Positions 13,297 through 25,997 of a stretch of 64,000 nucleotides of DNA are shown here, piece by piece (position 1 is the stretch's first letter; the number at the start of each line of letters is the position of its first letter). A model generated the notes under the pieces. The model did not search any database. It was not told the origin of the DNA and saw only the letters and a program-made list of their open reading frames with translations. Where the stretch lies: contig OZ024743.1 of assembly GCA_964016885.1 (NCBI GenBank), forward strand, positions 252,464,001 to 252,528,000. The letters run 5' to 3'. The stretch is from Eledone cirrhosa. Taxonomy: Eukaryota. A program made the translations under genes and the position numbers.

Positions 13297-14083
13297 TTCG
13301 TTTCTGAATTTGTTTAGCAAGATTCTTTATCTGAAAACGTGTGTTGAAACCAATATTGTTATACTTTGGAAGGGTCATGTTGCCAATAAGAAAGACATGC
13401 ACCAGTTGCTTTCACTTCAATTTATTATAAATTAAATTTATAAATTTCCAGTTGGTTGGTTCCACAACCAGACGATTGTTCATATATTGTCAAAGTTCTT
13501 TCGTCACACATTCTGTGACCTCTTCAGTGACTGGGGATTCTTTTCTTTGTTTATGTGCCTCTCCTTTGTTCTGTCCTACACCATCTTGTTTTTGTGTGTG
13601 TTGTGTGCTTAGTTTGCGCATGTGTTACATCCGGGTGTCTGTGTGTGTTTATATTTGTTTATATATTTGTTTATTACATGTTACTGGTTGGTTGTTTGTT
13701 CTATGTGTGTGTGTGTTTTCATTTTGTCCTTAATTGTAAGTTGTGATGTTGTTATTCCATTCATGCTTTCTATTTAATTTTGGTTGGCGTTCATTTATGT
13801 TTATTGCCTCTGTGATTTGTCTAAACATTGCGTCTTTTCTGTGTGTAGATTCTATTTTTATTTCTATGTTCTTTAATTTACCCTTATGTTCTATTTTAGC
13901 ATGTTGGTGGAGTACAGATGATTCTTTACTATCTTGAAGCTCTCGCCAGTGTTCATTTATCAGTTCTCCTATACTTCGAGCTGTCTCACCTATGTACACT
14001 ATATTGTCATCTCTACATTGTCCTTCAGTACATCTTATGCTATATACTACATTTCTAGTTTTACAGTTAATATCCCAAAGTAT

Positions 14084-14090
<7 letters not shown>
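13297..14090 (-). mobile_element. 5'-truncated Penelope-like element (GIY-YIG + 3' repeat) with short inverted 5' arm
   Basis: INCKTRNVVYSIRC...VYIGETARSIGELINEH...SVLHQHAKIEH...RQITEAININERQPKLNRKHEW; short inverted copy (14074-14090) of 13355-13369; (TA)n on both sides; HHR in the 3' region. Confidence 0.9.
13489..13531 (-). ncRNA. Minimal type I hammerhead ribozyme
   Basis: Minus strand GTCA-CTGAAGA-G-GTCACA gaatg TGTGAC-GAAA-GAACT-T-TGAC: 4-bp stem I, 6-bp stem II, short stem III. Confidence 0.8.
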
Positions 14091-14145
<55 letters not shown>

Positions 14146-14989
14146 CAGAACTAAATGAAACAACAACATACATACTTGTTATGAGTGTCAACTTTACGAT
14201 TCTAGATTCTAAGATAAATATGTATATCATCATCCACTTTGTTGGTAACAGATAGCTAATGTTGTCATGTAGGGGGTAATAGTGATGGAAGATTAAGAAT
14301 TAAGACAGTGTTTTTCATTAGTGTATATAAAATGTTTATGTTTATCTAAAAACCTGCCATAATTCTATATATGTTCGAACACCAGCTTAGGAATGAGAAA
14401 GTTAGCCATAATACTAAATCTTTCCAAATTCTTGATTATTTTCAGGGACTTTCATTAGAAATATGATAATGAAAGGGTTAGAGTGTTTATATTTTTCTAA
14501 AAACCTCCTATTGTAATTCTCTGGAAGAACTTTTGTTAAGTTATGCTCCAAACATCATCTTCTTAAGGAGAAAATTAAATTACTTAATCTCTGCAAATTC
14601 TTGATTATCTTCAAAATTATTTGAGTATTATAGGCATTATAATAGGAAATAGGACAAGAAAAGGGTTAAATGGCTAATGTTTATGTTTTCTAAACTAAAT
14701 ACATATACTTCACATTTTAATTTTTTGTTGTGCGAGCGTCAAGGACCCCTGGTGAGAATGGGATGGACCACTACATATAAATAGTAGCGGTCTGATTAAG
14801 TGGAAATGTTGGTATTGTTTTCACAGCTCGTGTGTCAAAGTTGGAGTTCAAGTTCACAGTTCGAGTTAGTGTGTTGGATTGTTGGTTCTTAAAAGATTGT
14901 TGTTCTGTTATGTGTGGTTATTGCCAATTGTTTCGATTATATTGTTATAACACTGTTGCAGTGTATTCGTTTATCCATAAGGACAAAAC

Positions 14990-15215
14990 ATTTCTAATTG
15001 AGAAGCTACAACTCTGAATTGAGAGATCAGCTCCAATTTTATGGGCAAAATCAACTGGCAGCAGACCCAGAGGTAGAACCTGAGCAAGTTGGTTGGATAA
15101 TATCCATGAGCACAGCTGATCTTGCTGAGAGATCCAGCCCAATCAATTGGAGATGGTTGCTTCTGACAGGACCCGCTGGAAAAGCGTTTGAGGATTCTAC
15201 CACTACAACCATCTC
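14990..15215 (+). mobile_element. RTE-clade LINE 3' fragment
   Basis: Frameshifted GKI..RPRGR..SWLDNI..DRTRWK-like C-terminal motifs. Confidence 0.5.
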
Positions 15216-16306
15216 AGAGGTATGTGGTTGAAGAAAAAGAAAATGTTTAATTGATTGACGATGTCATTGGAAGAGCTGTGTGTAAAGTGTTTTAAATAAA
15301 CATACACAACTTATACAAAAATATCAAAGATTATTAAAATTGGTGTTTGTATTGCTAGTTTATATATTTATATCATCTTTGATATAATCTAATTTTGTGA
15401 TTTAATTTTGTATATTTATGTGTATGTATACACACATATATACAAGCATACATATACACATGAATGTATAGTTACACATGCACAAACATACATTTACATA
15501 TGTAAGAATATAGAAAAACAATATAGATAAAGATATGCTTAGGATTTAAAGAATATTAAACATTTTATCTCTAACTTGTGAATAACTAAGCTTTAGTTGT
15601 ATAAAGAAGGTTGGTTTGTTTTGATTTTTTATTTATTTGCTGCATTTGAAGACTTATAAAAGTACTGGCTGGAAATTATAGTTCTAAGCATATGTTTGAA
15701 ATGCACATAAAAGTCTTTGATAGCAGACTTAAATATCTCTAATTTGAGAGAGATTACTGCCTTGATTTATAAAAGACATTACACATAAATCATATTAGGA
15801 GAGGTTTGACGAAAGAATTGAAGGATATTTCTTCAAAACTTTTAACATTTTCTAAAAGAAAAAAAAAAAAGATATTACTTGACTGACTTTCTCTTTCTAC
15901 CTCCTTCCCTCTGTTTCTTTATCTTCCTCTCTCACCCCTTCTCTCATTCTGTCTGTATCACTCTCTGTCTCTCTCCTTGCTGTCTCTCATTCTCTGTCTC
16001 TATCCCTTCCTCCCACTCTCACTCATATATTATATAGTACACAGATATTACACAAAAATAAAAAAATAAAAAATATAAACAAATATGAAGCATTTCGTTT
16101 TTACTTTTCAACATTTCGAAACCTAAACTTATATAATGAATGATATTTAATGTATATACAATATACATTAATATATACAGTATATATATATATACCTGGA
16201 GTTGTGACCGATAGATAGTATTAGCAATTGGAAAGACCAATGGAAACATTGTTTCCTTGGTCCGATTTGACGAAAGTCGATCGACTGTTGATTTATATAT
16301 ATATAT

Positions 16307-16500
16307 ATGAATGTATGTATAGTATATTTGGTAATATACCGTATGTTTAGTTACAAACATTTAGAAGACCATTCGCTATTAGTTTTAAAGTAGTGACAAT
16401 GTCACTTACTTATTTTCAGTGAAAACATATGGTATATTGCCAAATATACTATACTTACATTCATGTATACATCGCTATTTCAGAGCACCAATACAAATAC
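16307..16500. mobile_element. Small fold-back element with decayed hammerhead-like interior
   Basis: Inverted arms 16307-16348 / 16423-16464; interior hairpin AAGTAGTGAC aat GTCACTTACTT followed by GAAAACATATGGTA. Confidence 0.55.
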
Positions 16501-16566
16501 CATATATATGTATAAGAAGTATAAGAATAACAATAAGAAAGATGCTGTGATTCCATAAAGCGTTTA

Positions 16567-16657
16567 TTCATTATAATTATTTCAATGTTTCCCTTATGCA
16601 ATCCAAGATGTAATATATACATTTGTTGCTGGTATGGGAACGATTTCTTCAGATGAA
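16567..16657 (-). ncRNA. Type I hammerhead, long stem II
   Basis: Minus strand TTCAT-CTGAAGA-AATcGTTCCC...GGGAAACATT-GAAA-TAATTAT-A-ATGAA; palindromic stem III ATAATTAT. Confidence 0.75.
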
Positions 16658-16737
16658 ATATTTGTTTATGTGATATGCTTACTGGGCATGTAAGAAGAAC
16701 ATATTTTTTGCCTGCGGCATATCACATGAACGAATAT

Positions 16738-16828
16738 TTTATCTGAAGAAATCGTTCCCATACCAGCAACAAATATAAATACTCCATCACGGATTACATA
16801 AGAGAAACATTGAAATAATTATAATGAA
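16738..16828 (+). ncRNA. Type I hammerhead, long stem II (inverted partner)
   Basis: TTTAT-CTGAAGA (16743)-...-GAAA (16812)-TAATTAT-A (16823)-ATGAA, overlapping AATAAA. Confidence 0.7.
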
Positions 16829-17149
16829 TAAAAACTTCATGTAATCACAGCATCTTTCTGAATGTTATTCTTATACTGAATCTCCATCGTAACTACACAC
16901 TACGAAAATAGAGAGTTTCCTCCTGCTTACTCCTGTTATTTACCAAAACAACTTTTACTGAACATATATATATATATCATTACAATGATCATCATCCAGC
17001 CATAAAAAGCTTGCCAAACAAAGAGTCGGGAAGACCTTCAGTTATGTCAAAGACATGACAATCTCTCATCAGCACTCAGTAGAAGATGAGACTGTAAATA
17101 ATTGAGATGACAGATTCCTGGCTTGTCTTGGCCATCTGAAGTCCCACAT

Positions 17150-17690
17150 TAGTATTGATTTGGTGAAGCCCTGTAGCAATGGGAAAGGAGAGAAAATGGC
17201 AGGTGTAAGATGATACTGGATGCCACAGTCCCAATCCTGCATGCCGGCAGTTAAGGGTTTGGTCTACTGACAACATCATTTGGCACACACTGTATGACCT
17301 AGCACACTTCTGTAGAGACAGCACTGCTTGCTCCACATAGTGAGGAGTCTAGAAGAGGTGGCTTAAACACAGCCCATCTCCTATACCCCTAGATGGCAAA
17401 CCATGGTCATTAGGAATCTCGTCATGTAGTTGAACAACCTCAAGGAAGAAAAGGTATGCGCCCACCTGAAAGAGAGTGAAAGGACTGAAAATCACATGCT
17501 GGAACATCAGAACCATTCTAGACACAGTCAACAGCACAGCAGTCATCCAGTATGTCGATCTGCTCTAATTACACATGAGCTAACAAGACTGAATATTGAT
17601 ATTTCTGTTTTAGCGAAGTCTTCTTTCTAGGGGAAGACAGCCTACAAGAGCATGGTACTTCTGGTCAGGCAAACAAGCAGCAGAGGTATG
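17150..17690 (+). mobile_element. RTE-clade LINE 5' fragment (5' UTR + AP endonuclease N-terminus)
   Basis: Frameshifted LKITCWNIRTILD...RSALITHELTRLNIDISVL...GEDSLQEHG..FWSGK. Confidence 0.75.
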
Positions 17691-17845
17691 CATGAGCAAC
17701 TGCTAGGTTTCTACAAAAACATCCCGCCCAGGTTTGTGCCTCAGAGGGGAACTTTCTAGGTGCAAAATAAATATGTGATGTTTATTGTATATACAGTATA
17801 TGATATTTACTTTACATAAAATATATGGTTTTTAATGTATATATA

Positions 17846-19870
17846 TCATCATCATCATCATCATTTTACGTCCACTTTTCCCTGCTTGAAAGGGTGGGAC
17901 AAGTCTTATTCAGCACAGCATCTCTCCACTTGTCACAGTCCTTCGTCATCTCCACCGTGAGCTTCAGTGATCTGAGGTCTGTTCTCACCACCTCCGCCCA
18001 TGTTTTTCGTGATCTGCCTCTACCACGTCTTCCTTCAACTGACATTTGACTGGCACTTCTCCCATCGTTCATCCTCCATGCGCATCACATGTCCATACAG
18101 CTGCAGTCTCCCCTTTTGCATACTACATTCTATCCCTCTCAGACACAGTTTCTACCTCAACACATTCATGCTGGGTTTTTCACACACATTGACATTGCGC
18201 ATCCAACAGAGCATGCTTGCCTCATTTCTCTCCAGCCGTCGCATATCCTCTGCAGTTGCTGCCCAAGTCTCACTACCATGCAGCATCGCACTCCTCACAC
18301 AGACATCATATTACCGGCCTTTCATATGCAGGGAGAAACCCTTCTTCATCAGCAGAGGAAGCAGCTCCCTAAACTTCTTCCAACCCGTCCTTATTCTAGA
18401 TACTATGGCCTCGGAACAGTTTGACTGCTATCCCACTACAACTCTTGTGTACCCAGGATCTGCATTGTGTGCATTTTATAGAATTTATGCTAGTTCCTTT
18501 TCTACATATCGAACATGGCCATTTCCCTGGTGGAATCAGAGTTTTTTCCTCTCTTCTACTTATCAACAATTTTGTCCTAGCTTTATTCACTCTCAGTCCT
18601 CTTGATTCCAACTGCTGTTTCCATAGCCAGTATTTATTCTCTAGCTCCTCTACTGATTCTGCTATAAGAACCAGATCATCAGCATAGAGAAGTTCCCATG
18701 GGCAGCCAGTCTTAAACTCCTCTGTTATGGCTTGGAGGACTATAATGTACAAGAGCGGGCTGAGGACCGAACCTTGATGTACTCCTACTTGTATCTGGAA
18801 TTCCTTACTAAACTCCATTCCTACCCTGACTTTACTGACAGCACCTCTGTTCAAAGTTTGCACTGTCCTCACAAGCCATTCCTCAACACCTAGTTTCCTC
18901 AGGGGCCACCTGATGACAGGTCGGGCTACCCTATCAAAGACCTTCTCTAAGTCAACAAAAGCTAAGTATAGTGGCTTATTCTTCTCTAAGAACCTCTCTT
19001 GTAATTGTCTCACCAAGAAGAGGTCATCTGTTGTACTTTTCCCAAGCACAAAACCAAACTGCATCTCATCTAGTTTGACCCTTTCTCTAATTAGTTGTGC
19101 TAATATCCTTTCTGCCACTTTCATAACCTGATCCATCAGTTTTATACCCCTATCCTATAATTGCTCCTCTCCAGAGCATTCCCTTTACATTTGTAGCAAT
19201 TTATGAGAATACTGCTGCACCAGTCTTTGGGTATGAGACCACCATATATAGCCTGATTGATGATGAGTGCAACCAGTTTAGTGACTACGTCCCATGATGC
19301 CTTCAGCATCTCAGCAACTATCCCTGGCGGTCCAGCAGCCTTACTATTTTTCATTTCCTTAATTGCCTCTTGGACCCTATATTCGTCAATCTCAATAGCT
19401 GGTCCCTCTGTCGGATCTACTACGGGTAATTTCTCTCTCTCCCATTCGTTCTCCACATTCATCAGTCTCTCATAATGACATTTCCAGGCCCCCTTTTTCT
19501 GATCATTCATGACACTAAGTACGCTGCCATCATTCCGGACACATTTATCTCAAACAACACCCTGATTTGCATTGACACACTGCCTTGTAATGTGGAACAC
19601 CGCACGCCTCTGATCTTCCTGTTGCAGAACATTTGCAAACCTTCTACTCTCAGCCTTCCTGTGTGCTAAGTACACCTGACATCTATCTTCTCTCTTAGCG
19701 TCTGTATATCCTTCTCTACTCCCACCATTTTTTCAAGCCTTCCATGCTAGTCTTTTGTCTCTAATGGCAATATCTACTGTGCTGTTCCACCACCAGGTCA
19801 CTCACTGTCTGGTTGGAGCTCTGCTCAAGCCACAAGTTTCATCAGTAGCCTGCAATAAGTTGTCACGTAA
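17846..19870 (-). mobile_element. RTE-clade LINE, 5'-truncated, internally deleted, (GAT)n tail
   Basis: KAAGPPGI, NYR, QFGF, AFVDLEKVFDRV, GVHQGSVLSPLL, LLYADDLVL, start of PHD finger, GRRGRGRSRKTW..VRTDL; deletion near 18420. Confidence 0.92.
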
Positions 19871-20194
19871 GATAGTATATGATATGTAATGTAAATACAA
19901 TTTATTGTGTTTAACATATATACAGTATATGATGTTTAATATATATACAGTATATAGTGTTTAGCATATATAGATAATGTATATAATAGGCAAAGTTGAT
20001 CTTGGCAGGATTTGATCTTAGAGTACAGAAAGCAGAACTGACTTCTGCAAATCATTATCTCTGATGCTCTTATAACTCTGCCACGTACTGCCCTTTTTAG
20101 CTTATATAACACTGATAAAAGAAAGAGAATAAGTTATGTATTCTATCTTATCCCATGACACCATGCTAAAGGTCTTAACAGTAACTATAACTAC

Positions 20195-20500
20195 AAAAGT
20201 ATTAACAACAACTACAACAACAACAATATCAGCAGCAACAGCTACATGAGCAACAACTGCACCTACAACAACCACAATATCAGCAACAACAGTGACAACA
20301 TCAGCAAGATCTACAACAACACTATCAACAACTACAATAACATGAGAAACAATAACAGCATTAGCAACTACAGTAATAGCTACTAGTAATACAAATGTAA
20401 AAACTACAACAACAACATGAGCAACATCAAGATCAAAAACTACAACAACAACAACTACTAGAACAACAAAAACAACTAGTACAACTCCAACAACAACAAT
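20195..20500. repeat. Cryptic (CAA/CTA/CAG)n low-complexity tract
   Basis: Degenerate trinucleotide repeat with stop codons; no splice context recognised. Confidence 0.85.
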
Positions 20501-20720
20501 GGCTAGAATTAGAAGGACATCAAAGGCAATATCAGTGCTAATCTCCTTTCTAAAATGTCTGTTTATGTATGGTTCTATGACGCTAAATTGCTGTGGTTTC
20601 CATGAACAAGTTGAAAACAGTTATCAATTATGATTAACTTAAATAGGTTATATGAACTTAACATATATCAGCAAGATTTCTAGATCAATAACTCACTCAC
20701 TCACACACTCACTGATTGTC

Positions 20721-20793
<73 letters not shown>

Positions 20794-20924
20794 GGGAGGG
20801 GTCAGTGGGTGTGCATGGGAGAAGTCAACAAGGAATTACAGCATGGGGAAACAATACAGTACAATAATGATATAGATTAGTTTAAAGCTTGATATAGTTG
20901 GAAAAGAGTTTGAATATATTTTGT

Positions 20925-21045
20925 TTTTGTATTTGTTTCTGCAAGATTCTTGATGTGAAATCATGTGTGGAAACAAATATTGTTATACTTTGAGAGGGTC
21001 ATAGTACCAATAAAAACACATGCATTATTGTATTTGTTTTTTATT
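20925..21045 (-). mobile_element. 3'-terminal fragment of the PLE family also at 13297-13410 and 32900-33006
   Basis: Shared plus-strand motif TGAAATC.TGTGT.GAAAC.AATATTGTTATACTTTG.GAGGGTCAT. Confidence 0.6.
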
Positions 21046-21102
21046 GGTAGCATGACTCTAAAAAGTATACACACGCATATATATTTGCATATATATATTT
21101 AT

Positions 21103-21153
21103 ACCTTTGAGAAGGCTTGCTACAAATAAGTTCGAAACACGAGTTGTCATGGT
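21103..21153 (+). ncRNA. Type I hammerhead with UUGAGAA (U3-A8) core
   Basis: ACCT-TTGAGAA-GGCTTG ctacaaa TAAGTTC-GAAA-CA cgagt TGT-C-ATGGT; GUC site 21146-21148; downstream ~50 nt homologous to the tail of the 30.6-kb element. Confidence 0.65.
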
Positions 21154-21277
21154 CAGGTTTATAACTTCCTTTATACCCGCTCTGCTCCTTCTCATGCATA
21201 GAGTACTATCCTGAATTAAAATTTTGCCACTGTATAGTTTCAACATAATTAAATTTATATATATATATATATAAAAT

Positions 21278-22541
21278 TTACTTGTCTAAGACTAAAGTTC
21301 TAATATGTAGGAAGGAGAATAGGGCACTGGTCCCATCTGGGAAATGGCCATGCTCAGTGTGTAGGAAAGGAGTAGGCAGAAACTCCATTGTATGTCCCAA
21401 ATGCAAAGTATGGGTACATAAAAGATGTAGTGGGATCACAGGTAAGCTAACTAAGAATATAGATTTTATATGTGGCCGGTGCTCTGGTGCAATAAGTAGC
21501 AGCAGATGCCCACAGAATACTAGCTTATTCCATTGCCCAGATGGTTCTATAGAAATAGTGGACACCTTACGTTACCTGCGTGACAAAATCAGCAGAGGTG
21601 GAGGGTGCTCTGAAAGTACAGTAGCTAGAGTCCGACCGGGATGGAAAAAGTTCAGAGAGTTTATACCACTATTGGCCGCTAAAGGTTTCTCTCTAAAAAT
21701 GAAAGGCAGGCTGTATGATTCCTGCATACGAACAGCGATGTTACATGGCAGTAAGACATGGGCCTGGTGTGCAGAGGATCTACACAGACTGGAGAGGAAC
21801 GAAGCTTGCATGCACCGTTGGATGTGTAATAGTAATATACGCAAACGGCAAAGCATAAATGAGCTAAGTGCGAAATTAGGAATAAGTGGGATCAGATGCT
21901 GTTTACTCGAGAAGACTACGTTGGTATGGTCATGTGATGCGCATGAAAGACGACAGCTGTATAAAAAAGTGCAGGGCGATCAAAATAGACGGTAGCTACG
22001 GAGTAGGCAGACATAGAAAAACTTGGGACGACTTGATAAATTCCAACCTCACACACTTACACATCTCCAAGACAATGTCACTGGACCGAGATCTTTGGCG
22101 CTACACAGTAATACAGAAGATCCGCCTTGCCTAAGTACAAAGCAAAACCTACAGTCAGTAGGCACCTCTTAACCAAAACACATCCCCGTCCCACTACCCC
22201 TACCCTCACGCTATCTATACCACCCCTTTCGATGTAAAGTTATATTGGTACCACAACATCCAGTCCTAAATAAATGAGATCGCGTAGGTGTCACGACAAA
22301 AAAACACGCAGTCCATGCTGTAATGTGGCCGTGTAGGTAACACGGTAAAAACCTCCCAGTCCACATTATAAACGTGGTTGGTGTTAGGAAGGGCATCCAG
22401 CCATAGAAAACCCACCAGACAGTCCTATATGAGCAAGACAACCAATCTTGCCTCAAGTGGGACAATTCCCGTCCAGACCCATGCTAACGTGGAAGATGGA
22501 CGTTAAACGATGGGGATGATGATGATGATGATGATGATGAT
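21278..22541 (+). mobile_element. RTE-clade LINE 3' part with complete PHD-type finger, 3' UTR and (GAT)n tail
   Basis: KTKVL...CSVC..CPKC..HKRC..CGRC...IVDTLRYL...ARVRPGWKKFRE...RRLRWYGHVMRM...GRHRKTW. Confidence 0.9.
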
Positions 22542-22603
22542 ATACATACACACACATACATGTATATGTGTATGTGTGTATATATATATATATTTTTTTT
22601 TCA

Positions 22604-22668
22604 CTTTAGTCCAGAAATAACCGTAGAAACAGCTTGAGCTCTGCCGTCGGGGTCATACTTTCTCCTAT
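22604..22668 (+). mobile_element. Short fragment of the U3-A8 hammerhead element (3' half of ribozyme only)
   Basis: TTTAGTCCAGAAATAACCGTAGAAACAGCTTGAGCTCTGCCGTCGGGGTC aligns with 32481-32530; sits between TA tracts. Confidence 0.75.
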
Positions 22669-22812
22669 ATTTTTTTATATATATATATATTTTTATATAT
22701 ATATATATATATATATGAAAAACATGGGGAGAAGAATACTGCATGGTTGCGCATGGATTAATGCGATGAAATACCAATGATCGTTGGCAAATCACTGATG
22801 AGGGACTAATTT

Positions 22813-22849
<37 letters not shown>

Positions 22850-22899
22850 ACCCATGCTAGCGTGGAAGAACGGACGTAAAACAGTGATGATGATGATGA

Positions 22900-22936
<37 letters not shown>

Positions 22937-22944
22937 TTTATGTC

Positions 22945-23262
22945 AGGTTGCTTTTCAGTGCTACTGGTAACATGTAACCCACTACAACCTATGCATGTTA
23001 GAGTTATCAGCAACTTGACGGGCAACCTCACCAAGCTTGCTTGGCAAGGAGGGTGGTTTTGGACACCCTGTGGGATGAAAAACCAAACCCACCAAAGGGT
23101 CGAGTAACTCAGAAGAGTCAACAGCCATCCAATAAAGATTTTATTTCTTTATTTATTTATTTATTTTCATTTTCATTTTATTCTTTTGTGGAGCGAGAGT
23201 CCCTAGCCTTCATAATGACATCTCTCTAGGAGAAGGTCACTCTGGGATAAAACCTGTGACTT
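22945..23262 (+). mobile_element. Probable RTE-type 5' UTR remnant
   Basis: CTAGGAGAAGGTCACTCTGGGATAAAACC motif; related sequence in reverse orientation at 37720-37800. Confidence 0.4.
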
Positions 23263-24596
23263 AATTTTGTATTCAATAATGTAGGTCAGTTCCTTTTTTG
23301 AGGTAAATGCATTTGATGTTCAGAGATTGGGATTGGGCCCAGTGCAAAGCCTTTCCACACTTAAAAAAGCTTGAAACACAGGCATCGTTTGATATGAGAC
23401 ATTTTTTGCGATGCATGGCATTACTAATCATAGGAAAGTCACTAGCTAGATTAAGGAACTACATCAGTGATGCTCATGCTTAAGTATCAAGCAATGGCAT
23501 TACTTGAAATGAGTTGCAGCCATGATATTTGTATATATATATATCATCATCATCATCATCATCATCACCGTTTTACGTCCGTTCTTCCCCGCTAGCATGG
23601 GTTAGACGAGTATATATATATATATATACTGCAGTTTCAGATGACAAAGTAAAATTGCTTACTATGCTGGTGATCTACAAATAAAATCACCCAGTACACA
23701 TTGTAAAGTGGTGGATGTTTGGAAGGGCATACAGCTTGCTGAACAAGAGGTTGTACAAACCTTTCAGTTTGTGTCAAAAGATGCAACTTCTCCCCTGCAC
23801 TCGATATGACCATATGTAAGCAGGATGCAACCCCTTGGTCTGATTGTGAGGTCAATAGCTCCGCTTCAGCACTGTCTTGGTCTAAGTAGACCCATCCAAA
23901 CCTTTCTAGCAGGGAAAGTGGAAGTTGATGATTATAATGATGTTTTATTTTACTAAATTTAAATATCATTATACCTCCATGACATTGTGTAAATGAAGCT
24001 CTGAAAATTTGGGTTTTAGTCCTTAAAGTTTATTGACATATTTATGGTATAATTGGATTGAGATAAATTATTTCAATCTGTATTTCATGATATATATATA
24101 TACATATATAAATAAATTTACAAAATTTCTATTCAAAACATCACAATCCAGTAGAGTGGGAATAACATTTATGATCATATGTACCACGTATCAGTCTTGG
24201 ATCACTAATATTTGATTATTTTAATCAAATTAAATCTCACATCCAACTACTTAAATGATAATATTTATCTATATTGGAATACCCCAATATCACTATATAT
24301 ATATATATAAGGAAAAGAAATCGAAAATGCAACTGGAGTCTTTTTAAGAATATTTATTTGTTTCCTTTACCGGTTTCACAGTTCTTATGCTTTTCAAAAG
24401 TAGATGGAGGGTTTGTGGTTTTTCTTGCATCAGATGAGAGTTTTCTCATGTATGTAATACTGTTGACACTTCGAAAAATATCTAGACTCCTGAGGATATG
24501 TAGAGTGATGAATAAATAACTTGTATGTAACATATGTAGAATAAAGATATGTTTTAAGTATAACTTAGTTCCCTTGTTTTTATTGATCTCTCTCTT

Positions 24597-24727
<131 letters not shown>

Positions 24728-25695
24728 CTATATACAATGGAATTGTGGATCATGAGCTTAATTTGTTTCTGAAGGCTATTTGTAAACTGAAACTATTTTT
24801 CCTGTACAAAATGTTGAGAAGGAAATACATTGAGCGTGAGACTGTGTGTGAAAGACAGATATATATCAGCATAGTTACTAACTACAAAGCAAGTGATGTC
24901 TTCCTGCTGATACTCCAAGCTCTTTACATACCAAGATCTTGGAGAGGTAATGAGAGTTGTCTTCAATTACATATCTTATATATCATATAAGTATGCACAG
25001 TAGTTCCACTTGATATAAGAAGGTTTTGATAGGTTATGTTACAAATACAATCTTAATAATGAAATACTTAATAATGTTAATAAATCCCTCAAAATCTTCA
25101 TTATTTCATTAAAATTGAATCAGTGTTAAACCTGATTCAATGGTTGAAGGTTTTATCATTGATCTCTCACACATGTAACTATGTGTTAATTTTGAGTTTT
25201 TATTATTACTCCAATGATGCATATTGATCACTGCAAAACATGTATAATACATCACTAATATTACAATTCTTATTGCTCGTAAAATGTCAGATAATATCGT
25301 ATTGTAGTATTTGTCCTGGCTCTTTACATTCTGAGTTCAAATCCTGCCTATGTTAGCATTGTCTTTCATCCTTCTGTGGTCAATAAATAAACTACCGATC
25401 ACATACTGAGGTTGATTTAATCAGCTTTGTCCTTCCCCCAAAGTTTGCTGGCCTTGAGCTTAATTTAGAAATCAGTATTACTTTTCTTATTCTAAAGATA
25501 GGCTGTGAAGGTTTAAAACAATACACATAGAGATTTAGGAACGTTAAGGCTTGAAACAAAACCTAAATACCTAAAAAGGAAATAAGTAGGCCTTTGATAA
25601 AGGAGATGGAACCTGAGCACTGTTGTTTCTTAATATAACATCCCTAAAGAAAAGCTGTTCTCTATTGATACACACACACACACACATATATATAA

Positions 25696-25812
25696 AACAA
25701 TGTAATGGGTTCAATTGTTTGTAGTATGTTAATTAATTAACATTTTCTCATTAAATGTTTGGATTTTCTGTTTGAATAATTTAATTAGTTGTATAAATTG
25801 TTTATATATATG

Positions 25813-25870
<58 letters not shown>

Positions 25871-25997
25871 CACACACACACATATATATAAACAATTTAT
25901 GCAACTAATTAAATTATTCAAACAGAAAATCCAAACATTTAATGAGAAAATGTTAATTAATTAACCTACTACAAACAATTGAACCCATTACATTGTT
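25696..25997. repeat. Near-perfect palindrome centred on a (TA)n tract
   Basis: ~108-bp unique arms with 2 mismatches flanking TG/TA/CA microsatellite. Confidence 0.95.

Larger units (their letters stand above)
16518..16963. mobile_element. Fold-back element carrying inverted hammerhead pair
   Basis: Arms 16518-16678 / 16717-16877, unpaired right extension to ~16963, TA tracts on both sides. Confidence 0.85.

Noticed and set aside
20195-20500. Mucin-like Thr-rich exon
   Set aside because: In-frame stops and no splice context; cryptic trinucleotide repeat.
22793-22815. CTGATGAG box
   Set aside because: Runs into a TA tract with no stem II or GAAA.
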